A stretch of 64,000 nt of DNA, from positions 127,221 through 191,220 of the IMG/VR virus record IMGVR_UViG_3300045747_000527; one strand, written 5' to 3'. The notes beneath the pieces are model-generated. The model saw only the letters and a list, made by a program, of their open reading frames with translations. It was not told the origin of the DNA and ran no database searches. This document shows positions 27,630 through 35,941 of the stretch, piece by piece. Numbering within the stretch: the first letter of the stretch is position 1; each line of letters begins with the position of its first letter. The position numbers were made by a program, and so were the translations under genes. The stretch is from a virus.

Positions 27630-27713
27630 TGGTGGGAGTGCCGGGATTCGAACCCGGACGTCTTGCGACGACTGATTTTAAGTCAGCCCGGTCTACCATT
27701 CCACCACACTCCC
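27630..27713 (-). tRNA. tRNA-Leu(TAA)
   Basis: GCTGA-CTTAAAA-TCAGT; CCA encoded. Confidence 0.92.
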
Positions 27714-27717
27714 ATTG

Positions 27718-27808
27718 TCCCGGCGAGAGGACTCGAACCCCCAACCTCGCGCTTATCTGGCGCTAAACGGTTCATAAGGCCGCCGCTCTACCATTGAGCT
27801 ACACCGGG
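27718..27808 (-). tRNA. tRNA-Ile(TAT) with long variable arm
   Basis: Loop CTTATGA; GCGC-CAGATAA-GCGC extra arm. Confidence 0.75.
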
Positions 27809-27866
27809 ATAGATCTTGACGCGTATCGGCTGCAGTGGTTGTAGCCGTAACGTGCCATGATCTCTG

Positions 27867-27937
27867 CGGCTCCAAGGAGAATTGAACTCCTGTATATTGA
27901 TCGACAATCAATTGTCCTACCATTGAACGACGGAGCC
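27867..27937 (-). tRNA. tRNA-Asp(GTC)
   Basis: ATTGA-TTGTCGA-TCAAT. Confidence 0.88.
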
Positions 27938-27939
27938 AG

Positions 27940-28013
27940 TGGTTGGGGGTAAGGGACTTGGACCCCTCTCTTCGGCGTGTAAGGCCGAGGCACAACCTCT
28001 ATACCAACCCCCA
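27940..28013 (-). tRNA. tRNA-Val(TAC)
   Basis: TCGGC-CTTACAC-GCCGA; CCA encoded. Confidence 0.85.
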
Positions 28014-28020
28014 GTTTGAT

Positions 28021-28281
28021 CTAAACCTGAACCTCATTCTGCAACACATACTCTGGCTCGAACACAGTCTTACAACAGTCACCGGAGTCGTAGCAATCCG
28101 CCTCTACCACCTTCACCTCCTGGATACCCAGTTTCTCTTTAAGCCCAGGCCTGAGTGTTTCCGCGGCTTCCAGAGCTTCGTGTACCAAGTCGTAGTGGTA
28201 CCTCCCTTGATTCGCCGGACCGACAAGAAACCACGATGTCTGGCGGGGCGCTCGCATAACAAGAACAAGTCGTTTCTTCAT
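28021..28281 (-). CDS. Hypothetical protein
   Basis: AAGGAG RBS. Confidence 0.6.
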   Translation of the reverse strand: MKKRLVLVMRAPRQTSWFLVGPANQGRYHYDLVHEALEAAETLRPGLKEKLGIQEVKVVEADCYDSGDCCKTVFEPEYVLQNEVQV

Positions 28282-28340
28282 GAGGACTCCTTCGGGGAAA
28301 TAACTGACTGATCGCGGTATAAGTATGTAGAGGTGAACCC

Positions 28341-28862
28341 ATGCCCACGTCCGAAAAACCTATCCAGGATGGCCAAGGAGTCTGGTACCGCTCCAGAAAA
28401 GCCATGTACGTCACGCTGATCTATAGAGTGATGATCGCACTCGATATGGCGGCCAAGGATGTACAAGAGACCGACATGTACCAGTACATCAAGAACGCTC
28501 CATGGTTCGTCCAGTCAAAAGTACACGGAACCTTCGGCAGGATCAAATTCTACTGCAAAGGATGGAGCAAGGCCGAATTCAAGAACTACCTAAAAGAGGC
28601 ACTGGTGGCTGCCCCTGCGCCTGACCAGGCCAGCACGCCCAAGCCCGGTAAACCAGCCAGCCCTGCACACAAAATGGTGGAGAAACGGGTACCTGAACTG
28701 CCTACAGGAAGAGAGGAGAAGCTAGTAGCTTTCAAGAAACTCGGCACGGCCATCATGGAAGAATTTGATCTCACTCAACTTGCCATCATGACACTAGCCG
28801 ACGGCAGGCGGATGATGCATTGGATAGTACAAGACCCAGCAAAGTCCAAGAAAAGGCGGTAA
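28341..28862 (+). CDS. Hypothetical basic protein
   Basis: Promoter motif at 28316, GAGG RBS, terminator 28874-28903. Confidence 0.7.
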   Translation: MPTSEKPIQDGQGVWYRSRKAMYVTLIYRVMIALDMAAKDVQETDMYQYIKNAPWFVQSKVHGTFGRIKFYCKGWSKAEFKNYLKEALVAAPAPDQASTPKPGKPASPAHKMVEKRVPELPTGREEKLVAFKKLGTAIMEEFDLTQLAIMTLADGRRMMHWIVQDPAKSKKRR

Positions 28863-28911
28863 CGCTGGTAACCCGAGAGAAGTCCCACTGGGGGCTTTTC
28901 TTTAGCGCTAG

Positions 28912-28982
28912 TACCGGCGGTGGGGATTGAACCCACTCCATCCGCTTATGAGGCGAACGTCCCAACCACTCAGGTCGCCGGC
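28912..28982 (-). tRNA. tRNA(CAT), Met or Ile2, weak D arm
   Basis: TTCGC-CTCATAA-GCGGA; no fMet hallmarks. Confidence 0.7.
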
Positions 28983-29140
28983 GTTTCCTTCTTGGCACAA
29001 ACTGGACAGAGATCTCTTTTGTCCACATATCTCCAGCCCCGCAGACGGAGTTCTCTACGAAACCGCCGCGCCTTCTGTGATGACTGTTCCCAGTTCCCGC
29101 AGTCATCGCACCAGACGGTCGTCTCTTTCGTTATGCTCAT
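28970..29140 (-). CDS. 56-aa Zn-finger protein overlapping the tRNA 5' end
   Basis: MSITKETTVWCDDC...CPVC; AAGGAG RBS. Confidence 0.6.
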   Translation of the reverse strand: MSITKETTVWCDDCGNWEQSSQKARRFRRELRLRGWRYVDKRDLCPVCAKKETPAT

Positions 29141-29151
29141 GTGATCTCCTT

Positions 29152-29227
29152 TGGTGCCCGCTGAGAGAATCGAACTCCCACACTCCTGATCCGTAGTCAG
29201 GCGCTCTATCCGTTAAGCCAAGCGGGC
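29152..29227 (-). tRNA. tRNA-Arg(ACG)
   Basis: CCTGA-CTACGGA-TCAGG; CCA encoded. Confidence 0.92.
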
Positions 29228-29228
29228 A

Positions 29229-29300
29229 TACCCTCGAACGGTTACGATCCGTCTTCTCCGAGTTGAAAGCCCGGCGAACTAACCAGTGTTCTACGAGGGC
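29229..29300 (-). tRNA. tRNA-Glu(TTC)
   Basis: CCGGG-CTTTCAA-CTCGG; atypical T loop. Confidence 0.82.
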
Positions 29301-29301
29301 G

Positions 29302-29376
29302 TGGTGACGGTACGGAGAATCGAACTCCGATTATCTGATCGAGAGTCAGGAGGCCTAGCCATTAGCCGATACCGCC
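29302..29376 (-). tRNA. tRNA-Glu(CTC)
   Basis: CTGA-CTCTCGA-TCAG; CCA encoded. Confidence 0.88.
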
Positions 29377-29380
29377 ATAG

Positions 29381-29453
29381 CGCCTTCATCCAGATTCGAA
29401 CTGGAATCCCAGGTTCCGGAGACCTGTGCTCTGTCCACTTAAGCTATGAGGGC
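29381..29453 (-). tRNA. tRNA-Arg(CCG)
   Basis: CAGGT-CTCCGGA-ACCTG. Confidence 0.88.
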
Positions 29454-29469
29454 GTGATACAACTTCTAC

Positions 29470-30018
29470 ATGACCGACGAACTCTACCTGACACACCGGA
29501 GCCGACTCCGGGACCTGTTACGGCGCAATGCACTCATCCACAGAGAGGTGACGCTACCCTCTGGGAAGAAAAGCCTCTATCTCAACTGCAAGCGTACGGT
29601 GCTAAGCGCTGAGGGGCATTTCCTGGTGGGGTGGACGTTTCTGCACCTGCTGGACCTCGAAGCCCCAGACGTGAGCGCAGTAGGCGGTATGGCTCTGGGT
29701 GCGTGTCCTCTCGTTTCCGCGGTTGCCACGACAAGCTATTTCAGTGGGAGCCGGCTGAACGCCTTCATCATCAGGAAGGAGGCGAAAGAGCCGCGGCAGT
29801 ACATCGAGGGCCCAGAGAACATGTCTGGGGGCGTGGCCATCTTGGAGGACGTAGTGAACTCTGGCAGCACCACTCTCATCGCCATCAAGCGGGCTCGGGA
29901 CTTCGGTTTAGCCGTGCGGTTTGTGCTGGCTCTTGTGGACCGCGAACATGGGGGCATGGAGACCATCCAGAAAGAGGTGCCGGCCGTGGCCATGTTCAAG
30001 TTTTCCGATCTGATGTAA
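29470..30018 (+). CDS. pyrE: Orotate phosphoribosyltransferase
   Basis: TLPSGKKS.YL, VGG.ALGA.P, IIRKEAK, AILEDVVNSGST PRPP loop. Confidence 0.9.
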   Translation: MTDELYLTHRSRLRDLLRRNALIHREVTLPSGKKSLYLNCKRTVLSAEGHFLVGWTFLHLLDLEAPDVSAVGGMALGACPLVSAVATTSYFSGSRLNAFIIRKEAKEPRQYIEGPENMSGGVAILEDVVNSGSTTLIAIKRARDFGLAVRFVLALVDREHGGMETIQKEVPAVAMFKFSDLM

Positions 30019-30156
30019 GACTGGTAAGCGGCAGACTTTCACTGCCTCGGAAGGTAGTCTAGCGGGGGTCGAATCCGCCTGAGTTTTTGGCGACCAACGT
30101 CCTGTACTCAGTTTGCGTCTCTACTCTTCTAGGGTCTCTTCCCTACTTACCATAAG

Positions 30157-30228
30157 CTCCGGGAGCAGGGATCAAACCTGCGACTTCCGATTTAACAGAT
30201 CGGCCGCTTGTCACTCGCGTATCCCGGA
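30157..30228 (-). tRNA. tRNA-Asn(GTT)
   Basis: CCGAT-CTGTTAA-ATCGG. Confidence 0.85.
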
Positions 30229-30231
30229 ATA

Positions 30232-30630
30232 CTAACTATTACGTCGCCTATCGGCCTGCTGATCAATAACCTGGCAAGAACGTGAGCAGAATACTTTGCC
30301 AGATTCTGAATTTCTAACCCTGTGCCTGTACCTACTGCCCAATACCCTAAACTCCTTGCGGCACCGGGAACACGGCACAGAGATCAAAGCTGCTTCATGT
30401 CGCTTATCTGAGTGATGCTTATCGTGCTCCTTCCTGGTGAGCTTCTCTAAATTCCGGTATCTATTGTTTCTTTTGTGTTCATCCTTATGATGGATCAATT
30501 CTCCAGGACCTGGAACCTCTTCAGTATGTCGCCACCACACTAGATGGTGCTCGTAGCAGTACCTACCTCTGTACCGCTTCCCCGGATAATCAGGAGGAGC
30601 GATCACTAATTCGTATGGACCGTTCTTCAT
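30232..30630 (-). CDS. HNH homing endonuclease
   Basis: YEHHLVW..IHHKDEHKRNN..NLE; C-terminal CSRC/CSRSC. Confidence 0.85.
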   Translation of the reverse strand: MKNGPYELVIAPPDYPGKRYRGRYCYEHHLVWWRHTEEVPGPGELIHHKDEHKRNNRYRNLEKLTRKEHDKHHSDKRHEAALISVPCSRCRKEFRVLGSRYRHRVRNSESGKVFCSRSCQVIDQQADRRRNS

Positions 30631-30676
30631 GACTACCTTTCGAATGTACGACCGAATTGTACTACCCTGGAATGAT

Positions 30677-31255
30677 CTAACTATGCTTCTCAACCAGCGC
30701 CCGCATGAGCGCCAAAGCTCTCTTCCTGAGCTGACTGACTCTCCCCTCAGAAATCTTCAGCCGTTTCCCTATCGCCGCCAGAGTCATCTCCTCCACGAAA
30801 TACATGTGAATCACCTGGCGGTGTCTGTCTGAAAGGCCAGCTACCAATGCCCGCGCGAGTTCACAATCGCACTTGTCCAACAAATCTCTCTGGGGATCTG
30901 ACGGAGAGGGCAGGTGGGCAGCTTCAGTAAGAGAAACAGCCTGAGTTGCTGCCCACGGCACCTTCTCTAGTTTGCCGCCGAGAGCCAGCTTCCTCCCACT
31001 ACGGCCTATGCTGTCTTGCTTCCGCAGAGTATCCAGCATTGCCCCGCACACCCGTCTCTGTGCAAACATCCAGAAGTCATCCTCCTGAAGGCGGCGGGTA
31101 TCGAACCTACGGTAGCAGTACCACAGGGCCAGATTCCCTGCAGCTGCCAGCTCATCGACCTGCTGTATACCGCCGCGGCCACCAGATAGGCGCGCAGCCA
31201 GACACCTGATCTTATGGGTGTTCTTCTTGAGAATTTCTTCGAACGGGAGAGTCAT
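30677..31255 (-). CDS. Sigma-70 family, FliA/WhiG (sigma28)-like sigma factor
   Basis: DELAAAG.LAL..RFD..FA.RRV.GAMLD.LRKQD; region 4 MTLAAIG.RL.ISEGRVSQL. Confidence 0.85.
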   Translation of the reverse strand: MTLPFEEILKKNTHKIRCLAARLSGGRGGIQQVDELAAAGNLALWYCYRRFDTRRLQEDDFWMFAQRRVCGAMLDTLRKQDSIGRSGRKLALGGKLEKVPWAATQAVSLTEAAHLPSPSDPQRDLLDKCDCELARALVAGLSDRHRQVIHMYFVEEMTLAAIGKRLKISEGRVSQLRKRALALMRALVEKHS

Positions 31256-31297
31256 GTACTCCCGTCAGACTATCCTACTTCCCCTCCCACACACGAA

Positions 31298-31372
31298 TGG
31301 AGCCGGCGAAAGGAATCGGACCTTCAACCTTCGGTTTACAAAACCGCTGCGCTACCGTTGCGCCACGCCGGC
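31298..31372 (-). tRNA. tRNA-Thr(TGT)
   Basis: Loop TTTGTAA; CCA encoded. Confidence 0.92.
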
Positions 31373-31380
31373 AAATAGCC

Positions 31381-31513
31381 GGAGTCCTGTGTGCCAGCCT
31401 TGAACCTGGCATCCTCGGCTTTCGGCCGCCGACTTACCCAGCGGGTACTCTTCTTTGCCCAGGTTCCTATAGCTCTGGGTTGTCCAAGTACCTTTAGTCG
31501 AACACAGAACTCC
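31381..31513 (-). ncRNA. 133-nt structured RNA with T-arm-like hairpin
   Basis: 12-bp closing stem (G-U on minus), nested stems, GCCAG-GTTCAAGG-CTGGC. Confidence 0.55.
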
Positions 31514-31515
31514 TG

Positions 31516-31587
31516 AGCCCCCGTCCGCACTCGAAGCGGATTCTCGGATTTACGAAACCCGCGCATCACCATAGATGCTTCGGGGGC
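31516..31587 (-). tRNA. tRNA-Thr(CGT)
   Basis: CGGGT-TTCGTAA-ATCCG. Confidence 0.85.
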
Positions 31588-31592
31588 AAGAG

Positions 31593-31665
31593 AGCCGATG
31601 ACCAGAATCGAACTAGCTGCCTCGTCCTTACCAAGGACGCACACATCCTTATGTGCTTCATCGGC
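31593..31665 (-). tRNA. tRNA-Thr(GGT)
   Basis: CGTCC-TTGGTAA-GGACG. Confidence 0.88.
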
Positions 31666-31744
31666 ACGTGGTGATCTCTTGCTGTGACCAGAACGGCTGG
31701 GTAGCCGGAGACTTCCGTCACGTAGTACACAAGAGACCGTCCAT

Positions 31745-31819
31745 TGGAGCATCATGCGGGTACCGCCCCCGCCTAAAGCTGCTTGGAAGGCAGCTGCCTG
31801 GCTTCTAGGCTAATGATGC
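31745..31819 (-). tRNA. tRNA-Gly(TCC)
   Basis: GCTGC-CTTCCAA-GCAGC; atypical T loop; CCA encoded. Confidence 0.82.
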
Positions 31820-32226
31820 CTACGCAATCTCCAGTGCAATTTTCTGTGGCAATTTGCACACAGTACTCTGCACTTCTTGATCTCGTCTTTTAGCTTCTTC
31901 ATAGACCACCCGTTGGTGATCATGATGGAGACAGCCAACTCCTTTTGTTTTGGATCTTTATGATGAAATTCTAAAGCGGCTACGTGACGCTCGCTACACG
32001 AACGAACAGAACACTTCAGCTTCTTAGTGTCCACAAACGCCCGCACTTGATCCTTATACTCCCTAGCGTTCTGTATATATCTAGCCTTGTGCGCCTCATA
32101 GTGCGCCTTGTGGTACACCGCCTGACATTTTCTACACTGCCAGTTCAGCCCGTCAGGCTTGGACCTATTCACGGCAAACTCTTTCAGCGGCTTCTTTTTA
32201 CCACAACGGGCACACACCTTAGTCAT
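31810..32226 (-). CDS. HNH endonuclease with N-terminal Zn finger
   Basis: CARC..CRKC; LEFHH.DP..K..CRVLCANCHRKLH. Confidence 0.85.
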   Translation of the reverse strand: MTKVCARCGKKKPLKEFAVNRSKPDGLNWQCRKCQAVYHKAHYEAHKARYIQNAREYKDQVRAFVDTKKLKCSVRSCSERHVAALEFHHKDPKQKELAVSIMITNGWSMKKLKDEIKKCRVLCANCHRKLHWRLRRHH

Positions 32227-32278
32227 ACGCACAGTGTACAGCCTTCCAACCAAAAAGACGACTTGAAAGGCTGATAAG

Positions 32279-32349
32279 AGCGAGTGATGGGAATCGGACC
32301 CACGTATCCAGCTTGGGAAGCTAGCGTTCTGCCGTTGAACTACACCCGC
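32279..32349 (-). tRNA. tRNA-Gly(CCC)
   Basis: CTAGC-TTCCCAA-GCTGG. Confidence 0.9.
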
Positions 32350-32474
32350 AAACCTGGGACCTGTGGCTGCAGCGCACTATCCCAGGAAAACCCTAACTAT
32401 AGTCAGGAGCCGAGTTTCAATGAGGGTGCCCCCTCATCTCAGGCCAGCTCCCGGACATCAATAGAGTTTTTGAT

Positions 32475-32615
32475 CTATCCGAAGAACAGCCACCACGCCA
32501 ACAGCGTGATCACTGCCCAAGTAACTACTCCTCTGACCGACCCAGCTCTGGTTGGTGCAGGGAACAGCTCGTACAGGAAAGACTGTTCGTGTTCCGGAAC
32601 TTCTATCCATCTCAT
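32475..32615 (-). CDS. 46-aa membrane protein
   Basis: AAAGGAG RBS; C-terminal hydrophobic helix. Confidence 0.5.
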   Translation of the reverse strand: MRWIEVPEHEQSFLYELFPAPTRAGSVRGVVTWAVITLLAWWLFFG

Positions 32616-32629
32616 GAGGACTCCTTTCG

Positions 32630-32703
32630 TGCACCCGGCCCGATTCGAACGGGCGGCCTGATCTTTAGGAAAGATCTGCTCTATCCACCTGAGCTACGAG
32701 CGC
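32630..32703 (-). tRNA. tRNA-Arg(CCT)
   Basis: GATCT-TTCCTAA-AGATC. Confidence 0.9.
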
Positions 32704-32710
32704 TCTATCC

Positions 32711-33109
32711 TCAATCCACAGAGCGGAGTTGAATACCCAGATGTCGCACATTTACCAGCCACTCCAGGTACTCTATGTGGCTATCCAGTCGGAAAATTGA
32801 TTCTGGGTACTCCTCAAAGCACTCCTTGTAGTCCTCAAGATCACGTATGATGTCTTCGATCTTAGCCTCATGGCTCGGCGGCCTCAACTTACCCTTTAGC
32901 CACAATTTCTGGTACAGCACTTCAGCAGGCTCATCAGAAAACTCGTTGTTCATGCCCTCAATGTGATCCGCTAGTGTGGCCAGTAGGGCGTTTACCTCAT
33001 CGAAACTGATTTTGCCCGCCACCAAAGCTTTGTACACAGGAGTAATGACCTCGCCCTTGTAGTACGCCACTGTCTTCGCTGCTTGCTTTTTGATCTTCTT
33101 TTTTCTCAT
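32711..33109 (-). CDS. Hypothetical protein
   Basis: 132-aa ORF. Confidence 0.6.
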   Translation of the reverse strand: MRKKKIKKQAAKTVAYYKGEVITPVYKALVAGKISFDEVNALLATLADHIEGMNNEFSDEPAEVLYQKLWLKGKLRPPSHEAKIEDIIRDLEDYKECFEEYPESIFRLDSHIEYLEWLVNVRHLGIQLRSVD

Positions 33110-33128
33110 CTTGGCCTTTCTATGGAGA

Positions 33129-33329
33129 TCACGCGACCTCCTTTGGGTATTCTCCTGTGGTGTACCAGATGAACTCTCGCTCTATGAGGTACCACCATTT
33201 TCCGCCGAGCTTGAAAGAGGCACAGGTAGAGCACTCTGTGTTATCCCGATTTCGTAGCCGGTGCGGACACCCAGCCTGTGCTGGATGGGCCGGCGTCTGC
33301 TGGTACTTGGTCATGTCGTATTTTCCCAT
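33129..33329 (-). CDS. Hypothetical protein
   Basis: AAGGAG RBS; CPH..CSTC. Confidence 0.5.
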   Translation of the reverse strand: MGKYDMTKYQQTPAHPAQAGCPHRLRNRDNTECSTCASFKLGGKWWYLIEREFIWYTTGEYPKEVA

Positions 33330-33341
33330 GAGACTCCTTTG

Positions 33342-33414
33342 AGCGCCTAGCGGAGATCGAATCCGCTGCCTGAACCTTGGCAAGGTCCCGTGCAACCACT
33401 TACACCTTAGGCGC
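33342..33414 (-). tRNA. tRNA-Gly(GCC)
   Basis: GGACC-TTGCCAA-GGTTC. Confidence 0.88.
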
Positions 33415-33419
33415 ATTTG

Positions 33420-33491
33420 AGGTTCCGATCCGATTTGAACGGATGATGTAGAGGTTGCAGCTCTATGCCTTACCGACTTGGCTACGGAACC
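33420..33491 (-). tRNA. tRNA-Cys(GCA)
   Basis: TAGAG-CTGCAAC-CTCTA; U73. Confidence 0.9.
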
Positions 33492-33574
33492 AGATCCGGT
33501 GACCACACTATTTGCCGCCGTGTACTTTGGCGTCCTCTTTGAGCCTAAACCCAAAGGGGAGCTGGTCATCGGTG

Positions 33575-33662
33575 AGGAAAGGGGGAGAGTCGAACTCCCA
33601 GCAGTTGTTAGCTGCGTCTGTTTAGCAAACAGGTGCGAAAAACCGATATTCGCGTCCTTTCC
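33575..33662 (-). tRNA. tRNA-Ser(GCT)
   Basis: Loop TTGCTAA; long V arm. Confidence 0.82.
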
Positions 33663-33748
33663 AGATCCCCGTCTTTAATCTCCGATGGTTCTGACAAGGC
33701 ATAGACCACCACAGAGAACCTGGTTAGTTGCCAGGCGAGGGGAATTTG

Positions 33749-33832
33749 CGGAAGACGGAAGTCTCGATCTCCAGACCCGAAGGTCCCATCTACTTTCGAA
33801 GTAGCGCCGGGTTCCCACCCAGTTCATCTTCC
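33749..33832 (-). tRNA. tRNA-Ser(CGA)
   Basis: Loop TTCGAAA; long V arm; G73. Confidence 0.82.
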
Positions 33833-33895
33833 AGAAAAATTTGTAGATTAGAGGTATAAGATCATCGGTTCTCGAAGTAAGCCCAAGGAGGAACA

Positions 33896-34867
33896 ATGAT
33901 CACACTGGAAAACGTATTCGACAATTTCGGCATGCAACTAGCCCCAAATTTCCGCAGAGGCAACATTACAACGGCCACCATACTGGTGAGCGCGGACGCG
34001 CTAAGGAACACCTGGGAGACGCCAGAGTTCCAGCGTGCACTGAAGATCAATAAGTACGCCAAAGCAGTAGTCAAAGACATAGCCACGTCTGGAGTCATAC
34101 CGGGTGTGATCTTGCTCGGCCTAGTGGACGGACACCTCTTTCTCTATGACGGACAACACAGAATATGGGCCGCGTTACAGACCGAGTACAGCGAATTCGT
34201 GTCTACCGTTATAGTCAGAAAATTCGAGGACATGGCTGCGATGGGCATAGCCGCCATGCAGGCAAATCTCCACATCTCTATCCGCAAGCCGGACGATAAC
34301 CTCAAGACCATGGAAGGCACGTACCCGGTACTACGAAGACTCCGAGAGCAGTGTCCTTTCATAGGATACGCAGGCAGGTCAGGCAACATTGTCCTCTCTA
34401 TCGCGACTGCCGTCCACTGTTGGATCACCAGTAAGTCGGACTGCCCGAGCTCCAGTGGTGGAAACGTCCGAGGTACGATAGCGGCCATGACGCTAGAAGA
34501 GGCAGACGAACTTGGCCACTTTCTCAAAATTCTCTACGATGCCTGGGGGACTGACCGCCAGTACAGCAGCATCTGGTCTCGTCTAAATGTAACAATAGTC
34601 ATGTGGCTGTGGCGTGAAGCAGTACTGGGGACCCCGGCCAGTAGAGTCACACGACTCTCGGAAACTCAGTTTGCAGCAGGAATCGCGGCTCTCACAGCAG
34701 ATGAAAAATACATGAACTGGCTGCCTGGACGACTCCTGCGAGAACATGATCGCGGCCCATGCTACAACAGGATCAAGAAAACGGTAACAGAACGCATTCG
34801 TTCAATCTCGGAAGAGAGAATAACGCTGCCATCACCGAACTTCGCCACCAAGCAAACAATTGCCTGA
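33896..34867 (+). CDS. DGQHR-motif ParB/Srx-like protein
   Basis: LFLYDGQHRIWAAL; own promoter and terminator. Confidence 0.75.
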   Translation: MITLENVFDNFGMQLAPNFRRGNITTATILVSADALRNTWETPEFQRALKINKYAKAVVKDIATSGVIPGVILLGLVDGHLFLYDGQHRIWAALQTEYSEFVSTVIVRKFEDMAAMGIAAMQANLHISIRKPDDNLKTMEGTYPVLRRLREQCPFIGYAGRSGNIVLSIATAVHCWITSKSDCPSSSGGNVRGTIAAMTLEEADELGHFLKILYDAWGTDRQYSSIWSRLNVTIVMWLWREAVLGTPASRVTRLSETQFAAGIAALTADEKYMNWLPGRLLREHDRGPCYNRIKKTVTERIRSISEERITLPSPNFATKQTIA

Positions 34868-34870
34868 TCT

Positions 34871-34900
34871 AAGAGCCGCCGTAGGGCGGCTCTTTCTTTA
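34871..34900 (+). terminator. Rho-independent terminator
   Basis: AAGAGCCGCC-GTAG-GGCGGCTCTT + TCTTT. Confidence 0.8.
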
Positions 34901-34909
34901 GCCCTACAG

Positions 34910-34996
34910 CGGAGTCGGCAGGACTCGAACCTGCACAGCCGTTGCCGGCTGGCCAGCTTTCCAAGCTGGTGGGCTAGCCAATTACCCCACGACTCC
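34910..34996 (-). tRNA. tRNA-Ser(GGA)
   Basis: CCAGC-TTGGAAA-GCTGG; long V arm. Confidence 0.9.
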
Positions 34997-35019
34997 AAGG
35001 TGGCCGAGCCACCGACGTA

Positions 35020-35550
35020 CTACTCCAACACAATACCGAGGCCCATCTCCTTCTTCATGTGGACCAGCGCCTCTGCGTTCCCCATCGCATCATCCACTGG
35101 ATTATGGGTGTGCTTGGTCTGCCGCAGGAACTTGAAATTCTTGAAGGTATCTTTGATCATCCCCTTGTACAGCGACCCGAGGTTCGTGGAGCTGTGCCCG
35201 AAAGGACTGTGCCCCAGGAAGTGGTAGCAGTACCAGGTGACGAACATGTAGTCGTAGCCGTTGTTGTCCGAGATGAACATCGGCCGCTTGCCCACGTTGT
35301 GCTTCATGACCCACGCGTCGAATTCCCGCATTACCGTCGCGGCATCGTCGAAGGTCTCCGTTTGGCCGCGGGTCAGACCAGTGACCTTTAGGGCCGCCGG
35401 TTGCCAGTTCGCGGAGATAGGAGCCAGGCATCCGTAGAAGGTAATCGGCGTAGACAGAGGCTCTCGTACAAGGACAGCGCCAAGCTGAATCATGGAGTAG
35501 TCCCCTGGGCTGGGACCATCAGTCTCCACATCAATCATGAAGTAGCTCAT
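35020..35550 (-). CDS. DEDDh 3'-5' exo(ribo)nuclease (Rv2179c/RNase AS-like)
   Basis: MIDVETDG, NGYD, HTHNPVDDA. Confidence 0.82.
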   Translation of the reverse strand: MSYFMIDVETDGPSPGDYSMIQLGAVLVREPLSTPITFYGCLAPISANWQPAALKVTGLTRGQTETFDDAATVMREFDAWVMKHNVGKRPMFISDNNGYDYMFVTWYCYHFLGHSPFGHSSTNLGSLYKGMIKDTFKNFKFLRQTKHTHNPVDDAMGNAEALVHMKKEMGLGIVLE

Positions 35551-35762
35551 GTCTGGCTACGCTCCCAAAGGCTTTTCTCCAGCTCCGCCAGAACTCGCTT
35601 GTCTTCCTCCGTGCGAACCTCATCGGCTAACTTGCCAACTAGCTTCTTCTCCGCGGTGGTCTGGAACTTCTCATAGCTGCGATCTAGCCGTTCCCAGAAA
35701 CTCTTACACTTTCTGCGACTCGGCTTCTTCCAACTCGGACGAACTCGTGCTTTACGTGACAT
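35547..35762 (-). CDS. Hypothetical basic protein
   Basis: AAGGAG RBS, coupled. Confidence 0.5.
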   Translation of the reverse strand: MSRKARVRPSWKKPSRRKCKSFWERLDRSYEKFQTTAEKKLVGKLADEVRTEEDKRVLAELEKSLWERSQT

Positions 35763-35862
35763 TTGATCTCCTTATGAGGACAAGGTTCAAAAAGAGGGAC
35801 CGGCAGACTGGACACGTGCGATTGTGGCCTCACCGGCAATTTGGTGTTCTGCGGGCCCCTAG

Positions 35863-35935
35863 TGGACTGCGCGGGAATCGAACCCGCGACCTCCTGATTG
35901 CGAACCAGGCGCTCTCCCTACTGAGCTAGCAGCCC
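35863..35935 (-). tRNA. tRNA-Ala(CGC)
   Basis: Loop TTCGCAA; G3-U70. Confidence 0.92.
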
Positions 35936-35941
35936 GGTACC

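Noticed and set aside
27812-27862. Spacer hairpin CGGCTGCA/TGTAGCCG as ncRNA
   Set aside because: Single short hairpin, adequately explained as a processing spacer
28912-28982. Initiator tRNA-fMet
   Set aside because: 1-72 is paired and the three G-C anticodon-stem pairs are absent
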